A DNA stretch of 32,000 nt from Nitrososphaerota archaeon (GCA_026712925.1 JAPOPJ010000240.1:1-32000); one strand, 5' to 3'. Shown: positions 17,102-26,871, counted from the stretch's first letter. A program made the numbers and translations. Notes: generated from the sequence alone by a model not told the origin.

Positions 17102-18568
17102 ATGTTTATTGTGTCAGACTATGACGTTATAGTTGCAGGTGGTGGCCTTACAGGGACAATCGTGGCGCAAGCAGTAGCACATTATTCCAATCAAAATCTT
17201 AAAGTGCTCTCAATTGACAGAAATCCTGCCATATTTCCGGGAAGAAAGTCAACAGGTGGATGGACATGCGGGGATGCATGCTCAAAAGAAGCAGTGGACT
17301 ATATGTCTGAGAGAATAAAGGTACAGTGGACCAAACCCGAAATAGAGCACGATGTAAAGGGCGTTATGGCATTTTCACCTGATAGAAAGACTGCAATACC
17401 ATTTGATGGTGCAGGGTATATGTTAAACAGACAAAAGCTCCCAGAAATTCAAAACCAGAGAGCACAAAATATGGGAGTAGAGTTTGACTTTGAGATAAAC
17501 CTCATGGGACTCATCTATGAAGGAGAGCAGGTGACAGGAGTCAAGGGAATTGACAACAAGACAAAGCAACCATACAAAAAGACTGCCAAGGTAGTGGTGG
17601 ACTGTACTGGTGTTACATCTATGCTTAGAAACCAGCTTCAAAACTCTACAAAAGTAGAGAGAAAGATAGACCGACGAGACTTGGAATCCACAGGTAGATA
17701 CATCATGTATTTTGATAAAGGGGAAAATGATCTTAGTGAATTTGATTCAGACTATTGTATAATTCATCTAGACCAAGATATAGCTCCGGGCGGTTACGGA
17801 TGGGTATTTCCCAAAGGAGATGACAAAGTAAACATTGGACTCGGAGTTGAAAAGTCACTCCTAGACAAACGAAACAAAAGATTGGGCAAAAAAGACAACG
17901 TAGAATCCCTCATGAAAGAATATCTATACAGAAATAAAGCAATCAAAAATGCAAAGCTATCAGAGGATCCAGAAGACACTAGCAATAACTCTGGAATATT
18001 CCAAGTCTCAGTTAGGAGACAAAACGACTGCCTAGTATCTGGCGGATACATGATGGTTGGTGACTCTGCATGGATGCCAAAACCAATTGATGCAGGAGGA
18101 ATAGGACCTGCCCTAATAGCAGGAACTATTGCAGGTGAGAATATAGTACGGGCAATAGAGGCAAATGATACATCTGAGAAAAGCCTGTGGCAGTACAACA
18201 TTGACTTTATCAGAGAGTATGGCTACAAGACTGCCGGTTTAGAACTATTCAGGAGACTTGTCCAGACCCTAACAAATGATCAGATAAGTTACGGGATGAA
18301 ACACTTTCTTGGAAACTTGGATGTAGAATCAATCAGCAAGGGTGAGCATCCTGACTTTTCAGGATTAGGAAAGGTTGGCATGATAATAAGAGGAATAATG
18401 AACCGTACTGTTGCAGACGGGCTCAAGTACACATCCACACAGAACAAGTGGCTTGTAAACCACTATAACAACTATCCTAGGGAACCAGCAGGCTTTGAGG
18501 AGTGGAACAAGAAACTCCACAAAAACCTAGAGGAGTCATTTGTTAAAATAGAGTCATTTGGAAGCTAG
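17102..18568 (+). CDS. FAD-dependent oxidoreductase of the geranylgeranyl reductase family
   Basis: MFIVSDYDVIVAGGGLTGT (GxGxxG) and GDSAWMPKPIDAGGIG. The ORF-track start at 16952 runs through the repeat array and is rejected. Confidence 0.8.
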   Translation: MFIVSDYDVIVAGGGLTGTIVAQAVAHYSNQNLKVLSIDRNPAIFPGRKSTGGWTCGDACSKEAVDYMSERIKVQWTKPEIEHDVKGVMAFSPDRKTAIPFDGAGYMLNRQKLPEIQNQRAQNMGVEFDFEINLMGLIYEGEQVTGVKGIDNKTKQPYKKTAKVVVDCTGVTSMLRNQLQNSTKVERKIDRRDLESTGRYIMYFDKGENDLSEFDSDYCIIHLDQDIAPGGYGWVFPKGDDKVNIGLGVEKSLLDKRNKRLGKKDNVESLMKEYLYRNKAIKNAKLSEDPEDTSNNSGIFQVSVRRQNDCLVSGGYMMVGDSAWMPKPIDAGGIGPALIAGTIAGENIVRAIEANDTSEKSLWQYNIDFIREYGYKTAGLELFRRLVQTLTNDQISYGMKHFLGNLDVESISKGEHPDFSGLGKVGMIIRGIMNRTVADGLKYTSTQNKWLVNHYNNYPREPAGFEEWNKKLHKNLEESFVKIESFGS

Positions 18569-18660
18569 ATGGCTCTAGTGTGGCATATGCTTGTGTATAT
18601 TAAAAATTCAAAGTCTTGTGTGGCACATATTAATAAAGTTGGAATTAAGGTGATACATTG

Positions 18661-19452
18661 ATGGAGATGCAGTACCTTGACTGGAACAACTCTGTCCCCA
18701 TTTTAGGCAAGGCCTACGATGCAGGGCTGTTTGCAATTATAATAGGTCCAAAAGGGACTGGAAAGACAACCCTAGTAAGGCAATTTGCACAGAGTATGAA
18801 TGCGCGTCTAGAATCTGTCAACTTTAGTCTCAGAACTAGAGAAAGTCATCTAGTTGGAACAAAGACACTTCATGATGGGACTGTAAGTTTTGGTGAAGGA
18901 TTGTTAGTAAGGTCCATGAGAGAAGGTGGCATTTTATACCTAGATGAGATAAACTCAGCAGAAGCAGACGTTTTGTTAAGACTTGATGAAGCCCTAGATG
19001 ACCGAAGACAGATTGTCCTAAAAGAATCATCAGGTGAAGTGATAAAGGCAAAAGAAAACTGGTTTGTAGTGGCTACAATAAACCCACTCACACACAGCGG
19101 TACAAAAGAACTTCCACCACAGATACTCAGCAGATTCCCAGTCCGAATCAGCCTAGAATATCCACCTGAAGATATAGAGATGGAGATTGTAAAAAAATAC
19201 GTATCAGGGAGTCATGATGAGGACATACGACAAGGAGTAAAGCTTGCAAACATGCTAAGAAAGGCAGCAGCTGTTGAAGAACTCTTTTACTCTCCTAGCA
19301 TGCGAGAGACTATTGCATTTGGCAGGCTTTTAGATAAAAGTATGCAGGCAAAAGAAGCCGCAGGAATTGTATTTGGAAATGTGTACACACAATGGGGAAG
19401 TATAGAATATCAAAAGGTAAGTGACATCATTACATCAATGTTTGGAAGCTAG
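18661..19452 (+). CDS. AAA+ ATPase of the MoxR/CbbQ/NorQ family
   Basis: Walker A GPKGTGKT and Walker B ILYLDEIN. The SD-like AAGGTGAT lies 8 nt upstream of the ATG. Confidence 0.85.
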   Translation: MEMQYLDWNNSVPILGKAYDAGLFAIIIGPKGTGKTTLVRQFAQSMNARLESVNFSLRTRESHLVGTKTLHDGTVSFGEGLLVRSMREGGILYLDEINSAEADVLLRLDEALDDRRQIVLKESSGEVIKAKENWFVVATINPLTHSGTKELPPQILSRFPVRISLEYPPEDIEMEIVKKYVSGSHDEDIRQGVKLANMLRKAAAVEELFYSPSMRETIAFGRLLDKSMQAKEAAGIVFGNVYTQWGSIEYQKVSDIITSMFGS

Positions 19453-21015
19453 ATGCAATCCTCAGAGATAAAAAGCGAGCACTTGCTTGATATTGCATCA
19501 TTTCTTGTAAGGCGCTGGTCTGAAAAAGATGGTGTAATAGTAGAATTTTCAGACAAGGTAGATACGAGAACCAGACTTGCAGAAAATAAAGTCATACTGA
19601 CACCGCTTGAAAAGATGGCAGGGAGTAGCTTTCAAAGATATAGACAATTCAGAACATCACTTTGGTACGAGGCCATGAGGATAAAATTTTGCAAAAAAAT
19701 ACTAAGCAACGACCACGCATTTGGGTTTATTCTCAATACAATGGAGACTAGAAGAGTAGAAAAACTTGGACGAAATATATGGAAAGGTATGGATGAAGAA
19801 ATTATATTCAACTATTCTTACATGTTAGTTTCAAGGCCACAGCTGCACTCGGTATATGGTAAAGCAAGAATTGTAGAAGCATTTTATCAGTATTTCATGT
19901 TTGGTGCATTCAAAGGCGAAATACAGTCAAGTCATTTTGAGAGAATAAAAAAAGCAGATGCCCTTGCAAAGAGAATAGTAGATGATGCAGTCCGATACGA
20001 ACATGGTACGGAATGGCTAGAAAAAAAAATTAGTGAGATAATAAAAATACTAGACATAGACTCGCTTCTCACAATCCCAGTCTCGCTTCCATTTATGAAG
20101 GCAGGTATGGCACTAACAGAGCAAGAGTTGCTAAAATTCCTCAAGATAGTCTCAAGGAATAAGGAAGGTGATTTTGGAAGAGTCGATCCAGGTGCAGTAC
20201 TAAATGGGAGTGACATATATGATGAGTACAGGGTTTTGCTTGATGAGAATCAGAAAAACGACAACAAGGGCATACTACCAGAGGCAGTAGGGGTAAAAGT
20301 GCCTGCTACAAGAAATGTTGATGAATCTGCAATATATGATATATCACTGATAAACAGTCTAAAGACTAAATTCAGAGAGTGGGCTATGGGATGGAAAGAA
20401 CAGCATGGTAGAAATGGTGATGAGTTTGATGAGGAGAGTCATATAGAAGGACACGAGCCGTTTTTTACTGACATAAAAAAATCAGTAAAAACCAGAATAG
20501 TCATTTTGCTTGACCACTCATCTAGTATTTCATCAGATGCACTAGAATACAAAAAGGCAACACTTGCATTATGTGAAGTGCTTGCATTTTTAAAAGTAAA
20601 ATTTGCAGTGTATGCATTTAGCACCGAGAACAGATCAACAGTATGCTGGCAGATAAAGCCAGATAATATAAAATGGAATTATCTGTCTGCAAAAAAACTT
20701 GCACAGATTGTTGCAAATGGCTCAACTCCGCTAGCAGAAGTGTATGATAAAATGTTTCCAATATTGCAATCAAAGAGGCCCGATGTATTTTTGACACTCA
20801 CAGACGGGGAGCCCTCAGACCCTAGTGCCGTGCGCACAATGACAAAAGCATTAAGAAGTATGGGGATAAAGATGGTAGCATTGGGACTTGGCCCAAACCC
20901 TGTAAGATCGACTGCCATTGCAGGGAACTTGGGCCGTCTAGGATATGAAAAGACACTTGCAGTAAGCAGGCTAAAAGACATTCCCAGTAAAGTGATTAGA
21001 ATTTTGGATGCATGA
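19453..21015 (+). CDS. von Willebrand factor A domain protein (NorD/CbbO-like partner of the AAA+ ATPase)
   Basis: C-terminal VWA domain with the MIDAS motif LLDHSSSIS (DxSxS) and TDGEPSD. Its ATG directly abuts the upstream TAG. Confidence 0.8.
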   Translation: MQSSEIKSEHLLDIASFLVRRWSEKDGVIVEFSDKVDTRTRLAENKVILTPLEKMAGSSFQRYRQFRTSLWYEAMRIKFCKKILSNDHAFGFILNTMETRRVEKLGRNIWKGMDEEIIFNYSYMLVSRPQLHSVYGKARIVEAFYQYFMFGAFKGEIQSSHFERIKKADALAKRIVDDAVRYEHGTEWLEKKISEIIKILDIDSLLTIPVSLPFMKAGMALTEQELLKFLKIVSRNKEGDFGRVDPGAVLNGSDIYDEYRVLLDENQKNDNKGILPEAVGVKVPATRNVDESAIYDISLINSLKTKFREWAMGWKEQHGRNGDEFDEESHIEGHEPFFTDIKKSVKTRIVILLDHSSSISSDALEYKKATLALCEVLAFLKVKFAVYAFSTENRSTVCWQIKPDNIKWNYLSAKKLAQIVANGSTPLAEVYDKMFPILQSKRPDVFLTLTDGEPSDPSAVRTMTKALRSMGIKMVALGLGPNPVRSTAIAGNLGRLGYEKTLAVSRLKDIPSKVIRILDA

Positions 21016-21175
21016 TTTCCAGCATGATAATATCACATCCTCCAAATTCATTATTTTGATAAACTTTTAATCAAATATTTGTATGAAATAACTGATAACC
21101 ACATTTACAATTAATCGCAATACATGTGATTTGATTTTTTAATTTTGGTGGATGTTTTTCTAATCTGTAAAATCT

Positions 21176-22615
21176 TTAAGCATTCATACCCATACCTTTA
21201 GAAAATATTGGATAAAGTAAATCCAAATCAGATTCAACAAGTAAGCTGAAATCAAGATTTTCTATCAAATGATCACAAATAATCTGTCTTGCATTAGATA
21301 GTGGTTTTTGTACAGTTGATACACCATGCAAATTTTGCTCTTTCTCAGATAGTCTAGATGCCACATAATTTGCCAAAACATCTATACGAATATTTTCATT
21401 TTTTGATATTTTTTGAAGATTTTTTTTAATCTGTGATATATCCCAGTTAGAATTTTCTAGAGATTTTTTAGTTAATTTGTGTGAGTCTTTTCCCAATAAT
21501 ACAAAATGTGCAAATTGACTGGCAATTCGCTCTTCTTCATCTTGAGAATTTAGTGATTTTGTAATATTTTCAGTAATTTGGCTTGTTCCTTGTGATATAT
21601 GATAAAATTCATAAAGTAAATTAAACATCCAGCGTGCTTCAGAATCTGTTTTTTGTGTGAGAATAATGATACTTCTACTCTTATCTATAAAGCAAGCCGC
21701 ATGAAAGGAAATAGTATCTAATACCAAAACAGGGATGCCCCAACTCCAAACATAACGTAAGATAGTATCAAATGTTATTTTTCCAAAATTTGAAAGAATC
21801 TGTTCTCTCACAATATATGGATCATCTGGAATATTCTTATTTGCTTTAATCTTTGTTGCTTTAGATACAAGTTGTGCTATATGATGAGCATAAATAGTAT
21901 GGATGCCAAGTTTTTTCTTGTTTGTGTTGCTAGAAATTTTGTATTTTACTTTGGTAAGAGGTGTTGTATTTAACACAAGAGGTTTTGATTTAAAAATTGA
22001 TTCTGGTTTTATTCCAAAAACCTTTCCTATATAATAAGAGGCCTGAAGACATAAAAGATCAGGTGAGATATCTTTATCATGAAATCGTGCTGCAAGTCTA
22101 GGCGGTAAGAGTCTGTGCATAATAAAGTCGGAATCAATACCCACAGAGTTCATTTTTTTGAAAAATTTTTTTAAAGAGAAATTAGCTATTGGAACTCCCA
22201 CATGTTTTTCTATTTTTAAGTTTAGAGCATCAGCAATTTCTTTAATTTTAGATATACTGGCAGATTCATATTCAGTTGCTTCATATCTTTGAATTTGCTG
22301 TTCTGGTAAGCTTACCATTTTTCCCAATTCTTTTTGGCTAAGATTTAGTGAAATTCTAGCTTTGATTAATGTGAAAGGTAATTCATCAATAGAATACAGT
22401 TCTGTTATTGGAATGTTGCCCAAAGTCAAATCTTCATATTCCTTTACTTCTCTTTGTAGATCTAAAAGTTGACTTTTTAATGCAGCTTTTTGTAGTGTTA
22501 GTAATGCACTAGTTCCACCTTTTACCTCATCAGTTTCAAGATCATTTAACGCGGTAGAAAATTTTGCTAGTTGTGATTTGGTAATCTTGTACTGCCTACT
22601 ATTTTTAATCATCAT
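21176..22615 (-). CDS. Fusion protein: coiled-coil N-terminus, XRE-type HTH and an ImmA/IrrE (DUF955, COG2856)-like domain with a degenerate HExxH (YEFYH)
   Basis: RQYKITKSQLAKFSTALNDLE..; HTH LSQKELGKMVSLPEQQIQRYEATEYESASISKIKEIADAL; GIPVLVLD..SIIILTQKTDSEARWMFNLLYEFYHI and EEERIASQFAHFVLLG (the E..AN.FA..LL pattern). The gene is very AT-rich. Confidence 0.65.
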   Translation of the reverse strand: MMIKNSRQYKITKSQLAKFSTALNDLETDEVKGGTSALLTLQKAALKSQLLDLQREVKEYEDLTLGNIPITELYSIDELPFTLIKARISLNLSQKELGKMVSLPEQQIQRYEATEYESASISKIKEIADALNLKIEKHVGVPIANFSLKKFFKKMNSVGIDSDFIMHRLLPPRLAARFHDKDISPDLLCLQASYYIGKVFGIKPESIFKSKPLVLNTTPLTKVKYKISSNTNKKKLGIHTIYAHHIAQLVSKATKIKANKNIPDDPYIVREQILSNFGKITFDTILRYVWSWGIPVLVLDTISFHAACFIDKSRSIIILTQKTDSEARWMFNLLYEFYHISQGTSQITENITKSLNSQDEEERIASQFAHFVLLGKDSHKLTKKSLENSNWDISQIKKNLQKISKNENIRIDVLANYVASRLSEKEQNLHGVSTVQKPLSNARQIICDHLIENLDFSLLVESDLDLLYPIFSKGMGMNA

Positions 22616-23032
22616 AATTCCCCCATATTGATCAAAACAATGCCTTTAATATTTCCAGATTCTCTATCATGTTAATAGAAATTCAGAATCATTTCACCAC
22701 TTCCACTGAGATACATTGAGAAAAATTCTCCATAATATTTTACTTTTTGAGATTTTCTTCCATTTTCAAAGCGATTTAAAACAGGGTCGGCTCGCCCACA
22801 AATTCGAGGCTTTTCCTAGTTTGTTTCTCTGATGTAGGTATAGTTTGTCTGAATATATCATTGGAATAATCTAGATTGCCCAGTGCTTACAGAATGAGTT
22901 TTGATGTAATATAGCATATGATCGTATTGACTCTGTTGGGAATGTTGAGGATTTACCAAAAGCATCGAATTTGTGGGAGAACCCAATGTCGATAACACCT
23001 TAATACTTAAAATCAATACATATCATGAACAT

Positions 23033-24439
23033 ATGGCCACACTACAGAGTATGGATATACGAAGCTTGAGAACCGAAATGGGAATCAAACAAATGGATCT
23101 TGCAAAAAAAGCCCAAGTGTCTCCATCTGATCTTAGCAAATGTGAAAGAGGACTAGTCCCACCAGACATGAGACTAATCACGGTAGTATCAAAAATCCTT
23201 TCAGTTAACCCAGATACGATACTAAAGGCTCACAAAATGATGCTGGATAATCCGATATCTGGAGAGGGATACGTAACGAAAAAGACTAGTGAATTTTTCA
23301 CAATTAAACGAATAAAAACTCCAAACAAGGAAGCAATTCCAATACTAGATCTTTTTTGCGGAACGGGTGGTTTTTCCAATGGGTTTGAGCAGACCGAAAA
23401 ATTCCAAGTAGTATCTGGATTAGACATGATGCCTGATAGAATCCATACGTTTTCGCGCAACCACCCTGCAGCAAAAGCCTACTGTCACGACATTACGAGA
23501 TTTTCAATTGATAAATTTAATGATGATGTTATACCGCAGGTGATTATTGGCGGTCCACCGTGTCAAGGATTTTCTTCAATTAGACCGTTTCGTTCCGTCA
23601 ACGAAAACGATCCTCGTAACAACCTTTTCACCAATTTTGCGTTCGCGGTAAAAAAACTGAGACCGGAGTGGTTTGTTTTGGAAAATGTGGTCGGGCTGGC
23701 AACACACCAAAAGGGCAAAACAGTCACCAAACTTCAAACCATGTTTGAGGAAATGGGATACACCGTTTCATGGTCCATACTAAACGCGGTACATTTTGGC
23801 TTGCCCCAGCGACGGGAACGATTTATCATGGTGGGAAATATTGACGGACATAATTTTGAATTTCCGATGCCAACACATCATTTCAATGGTAAAAGTATGG
23901 CAAAGAGCAACATATCATACACAAATGTCGTACAAAGATTGAAACCCGCAGTGACTGTAATGGATGCTATTGGAGATCTTCCAAATGTGGATGCTGGAGG
24001 GTCTGTTTCAAGATACAATTCGCCCCTCACACCATACCAGAAATCAATGAGACGTGATGGGATAGACCTTAAAATGCATTCTGCAACTGCACACACACAA
24101 CGGATGCTGAAAATAATCGCACATTCAGGCTCAAACAGACATTCAATCCCCAAGGAAATGATATCAAGTGGGTTTAGTTCGTCTTATAGTCGATTGGAAC
24201 CAGACGAGCCGAGTGTTACCATAACAGTCAACTTTGGATTTCCAGGATCCAACAAATGCATACACCCATACCAAAATCGAGCACTTACACCTAGAGAAGC
24301 TGCCCGGTTACAGGGATTTCACGACATGTATGAATTTGTCGGGACTAGATCTGAAATATGCAAGCAAATCGGCAACGCCGTTCCCCCCATACTAGGCAGG
24401 GTCATCGGAGAGGCACTGTTCAGACAGATGAGGGTATGA
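23033..24439 (+). CDS. DNA (cytosine-5) methyltransferase with an N-terminal XRE/C-protein-like HTH
   Basis: Motif I LDLFCGTGGFSNGF, IV GGPPCQGFS, VI FVLENVVGL, VIII LPQRRERF and X GNAVPPIL. The N-terminal HTH is IKQMDLAKKAQVSPSDLSKCERG. The ORF is open from GTG 22973, and the first ATG is at 23033. Confidence 0.88.
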   Translation: MATLQSMDIRSLRTEMGIKQMDLAKKAQVSPSDLSKCERGLVPPDMRLITVVSKILSVNPDTILKAHKMMLDNPISGEGYVTKKTSEFFTIKRIKTPNKEAIPILDLFCGTGGFSNGFEQTEKFQVVSGLDMMPDRIHTFSRNHPAAKAYCHDITRFSIDKFNDDVIPQVIIGGPPCQGFSSIRPFRSVNENDPRNNLFTNFAFAVKKLRPEWFVLENVVGLATHQKGKTVTKLQTMFEEMGYTVSWSILNAVHFGLPQRRERFIMVGNIDGHNFEFPMPTHHFNGKSMAKSNISYTNVVQRLKPAVTVMDAIGDLPNVDAGGSVSRYNSPLTPYQKSMRRDGIDLKMHSATAHTQRMLKIIAHSGSNRHSIPKEMISSGFSSSYSRLEPDEPSVTITVNFGFPGSNKCIHPYQNRALTPREAARLQGFHDMYEFVGTRSEICKQIGNAVPPILGRVIGEALFRQMRV

Positions 24440-24586
24440 TTACGGCTTGAAACATTCGTCAATGAATACAACTTTTATCTTATCCCACCCACACACTCAT
24501 CCGCACATACACACGGCTAATAGGTATCGAATTAGAGGATAAATCCTCAGGGTAAATTTTAATTTAAGTGAATTACAGGATAAATC

Positions 24587-26131
24587 ATGGTTAATTCAGG
24601 GGATATTGATACCAAACTGTTAGAAAAGTTTGAGCAAGAGATATGGAGTAAAGTTCCCCATATAGAGAAAGGTGGAAATATGATTGTAAATCCAACACCG
24701 CTAACTGACCTGACAAAAGACCTTGAAAACTGTGCAAGAGATATCTATAAAATTGACCTACAAATGGCAGATGCAAAAGTGTATGGCAAATTTGACTCTG
24801 TGTTGCCCAGTGGCTCAATAAAAGTCAGGGCGGCAGTACACATAATTCATGATGCCATACTATCAGGAAAACTAAAGAGCGGTCAGACAGTAGTAGAGGC
24901 AACATCAGGTAACTTTGGAATAGCACTCGGATTACTCTCAAGACTAGGCATTAATGTGGTGGCACTTGTTTCAAGAAAGCTTCAAGAAGGCGTATTCAAG
25001 GAGCTCAAAGATGAAAACATTCGCACAATGGACCTAGATATGGAGATATGCCCAGCACCTGGCATGGAAAACAAAGTAGACGAGCTTGCCGCAAAAGCGA
25101 CAGTTGAAAATGTCAAAACCCAACTTGCAGGACTTGGGTTTGATACCACAATTTTTGAGAAGAATCGCCAAGAAGCAGAAAAATTACTTGGAAGACAAGA
25201 CATCATAAACTTTGCAGTATTTCTATCAAAGATATATGATGTGTTTTGTCCTGCACAATATGACAACGAGCTCAATGTAGATGCTCACAGGACAATAACA
25301 GCGGCAGAGACAGACCAACAGCTACACAAACATGATGACTCACTTGAAGAATATAGAATTGTATGCGCGTTTGGTACAGGAGGCACATCAGGCGGAATTA
25401 GTAAATACATGTCTGAAAAGTATGGTAAAAAATCCGTGCATGTAGTGTTCCCACCTGCAGGCCAAGACGTTGCAGGTATTAGAACCAAGGCAAACGCATC
25501 AGGTCTAAAGATGTACAATCCAGATTCTTATGTAGCGACACACGAGATAGACTATGAAAAGGCAAAACTGTTACTCAAATATTTTGTAGAAAAGGGTCAT
25601 GACATTGGCGAGAGTACAGCCCTAGCACTATACTGCACAATGATGATGATACATTCTGGTAGAGCAAAAAAGTTTGTAGTGATTGTGGCTGATGGGATTG
25701 AAAAGTACAAAAAGAATTTTGAGCAAATTTCAAAGGAGGCTGTCCCAATGCGAATATCTCTTGAGGATGCAGCAGTAAATAATTATGACAAGATAATATG
25801 GGTTCACACCCAATACACACCAAAAGAAGAGGGAATAGAAATGATTGCAAGATCGCTTGGAGTCGACAAGTCAAAGATAGCAGTTCCAAAAGCAGGCACT
25901 ATCAATGAATTACTTAACACGCAAAAAGTTCCAGAGGAGCTTAGCAAGGAGTTAGATAGCTCAGAAGGCAAGACCCTACTAGTATGCATGGCAGGAAACA
26001 CATCATTTATGACAGCACAAGTGCTTGCAGGAAAGGGCATAACAACTCAAAGCCTCAACGGTGGAATTACCGATCTACCTGAGGGAAGGGGTAAGAATCC
26101 GGGCCAGTACATCCAGATAGCAAGGGAGTAG
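24587..26131 (+). CDS. Fold-type II PLP-dependent enzyme (cysteine synthase/CBS-like) fused to a C-terminal rhodanese domain
   Basis: PSGSIKVRAA (PLP lysine region), EATSGNFGIALG and FGTGGTSGG. The C-terminal LLVCMAGNTSFMTAQVL..GGI is a rhodanese-type Cys loop. Confidence 0.7.
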   Translation: MVNSGDIDTKLLEKFEQEIWSKVPHIEKGGNMIVNPTPLTDLTKDLENCARDIYKIDLQMADAKVYGKFDSVLPSGSIKVRAAVHIIHDAILSGKLKSGQTVVEATSGNFGIALGLLSRLGINVVALVSRKLQEGVFKELKDENIRTMDLDMEICPAPGMENKVDELAAKATVENVKTQLAGLGFDTTIFEKNRQEAEKLLGRQDIINFAVFLSKIYDVFCPAQYDNELNVDAHRTITAAETDQQLHKHDDSLEEYRIVCAFGTGGTSGGISKYMSEKYGKKSVHVVFPPAGQDVAGIRTKANASGLKMYNPDSYVATHEIDYEKAKLLLKYFVEKGHDIGESTALALYCTMMMIHSGRAKKFVVIVADGIEKYKKNFEQISKEAVPMRISLEDAAVNNYDKIIWVHTQYTPKEEGIEMIARSLGVDKSKIAVPKAGTINELLNTQKVPEELSKELDSSEGKTLLVCMAGNTSFMTAQVLAGKGITTQSLNGGITDLPEGRGKNPGQYIQIARE

Positions 26132-26134
26132 ACA

Positions 26135-26590
26135 TTGAAATGCCTTTCAGTATCACAACCATTTGCTGATTTAATAATATCAGGTAGAAAAAAGATAGAA
26201 TTGCGCAGCTGGAACACAAAATTCCGCGGCGAGTTTCTGATACACGCCCCACTGAAAATAAGAACGCATGATGTAAAGCGATTAAAGATGAAAAGTGAAT
26301 TTGTTACGGGTGCAATAGTCGGAAAGGCAGAAATATTTGATGTCAAAAAATATGAAACGGTATCAGAATACAGCAAAGATGCACACCTTCACTTTGCCGC
26401 AAAAAAATTCAGCGATATTAGGTATGGTTTTATGCTAAAAAGAGCAAAGATATTCAGGATTCCCATCCCATACAAAGGAAGGCTGGGATTTTTTGAGGCA
26501 GTTTTACCAGAATCAAATATCAAAGAATCAGATATTGTGACAGATATAATTGATGAAGAATATAGGTATCAGTGGATAGGACACCACTAG
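26135..26590 (+). CDS. ASCH (PUA-like) domain protein
   Basis: LSVSQPFADLIISGRKKIELRSWNTKFRGEFLIHA matches the ASCH N-terminal pattern. The start is TTG. Confidence 0.7.
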   Translation: MKCLSVSQPFADLIISGRKKIELRSWNTKFRGEFLIHAPLKIRTHDVKRLKMKSEFVTGAIVGKAEIFDVKKYETVSEYSKDAHLHFAAKKFSDIRYGFMLKRAKIFRIPIPYKGRLGFFEAVLPESNIKESDIVTDIIDEEYRYQWIGHH

Positions 26591-26871
26591 ATAGGGTATG
26601 ACTAGATAGAATATGACTAGGCCATATACACAAAATACACCATTTTGTAAATTGGTGTGTGAAATAATGCCCAGTCTACATTTAGGTTAAAACGACGTAT
26701 AATCACCAGGTATAATCACTAGGTGCACCGCATGTATGCCCGTACAAAGCGCAAACTAGACCATAATCCCGCACCACATATCTGAAAAGTTGGCTCATTT
26801 GGGGAATATGGGCATAAACAAATTTGTGTGGCCTAGTGCTAAATGAGATAGTATTTAAAAAAATTGAGTAG

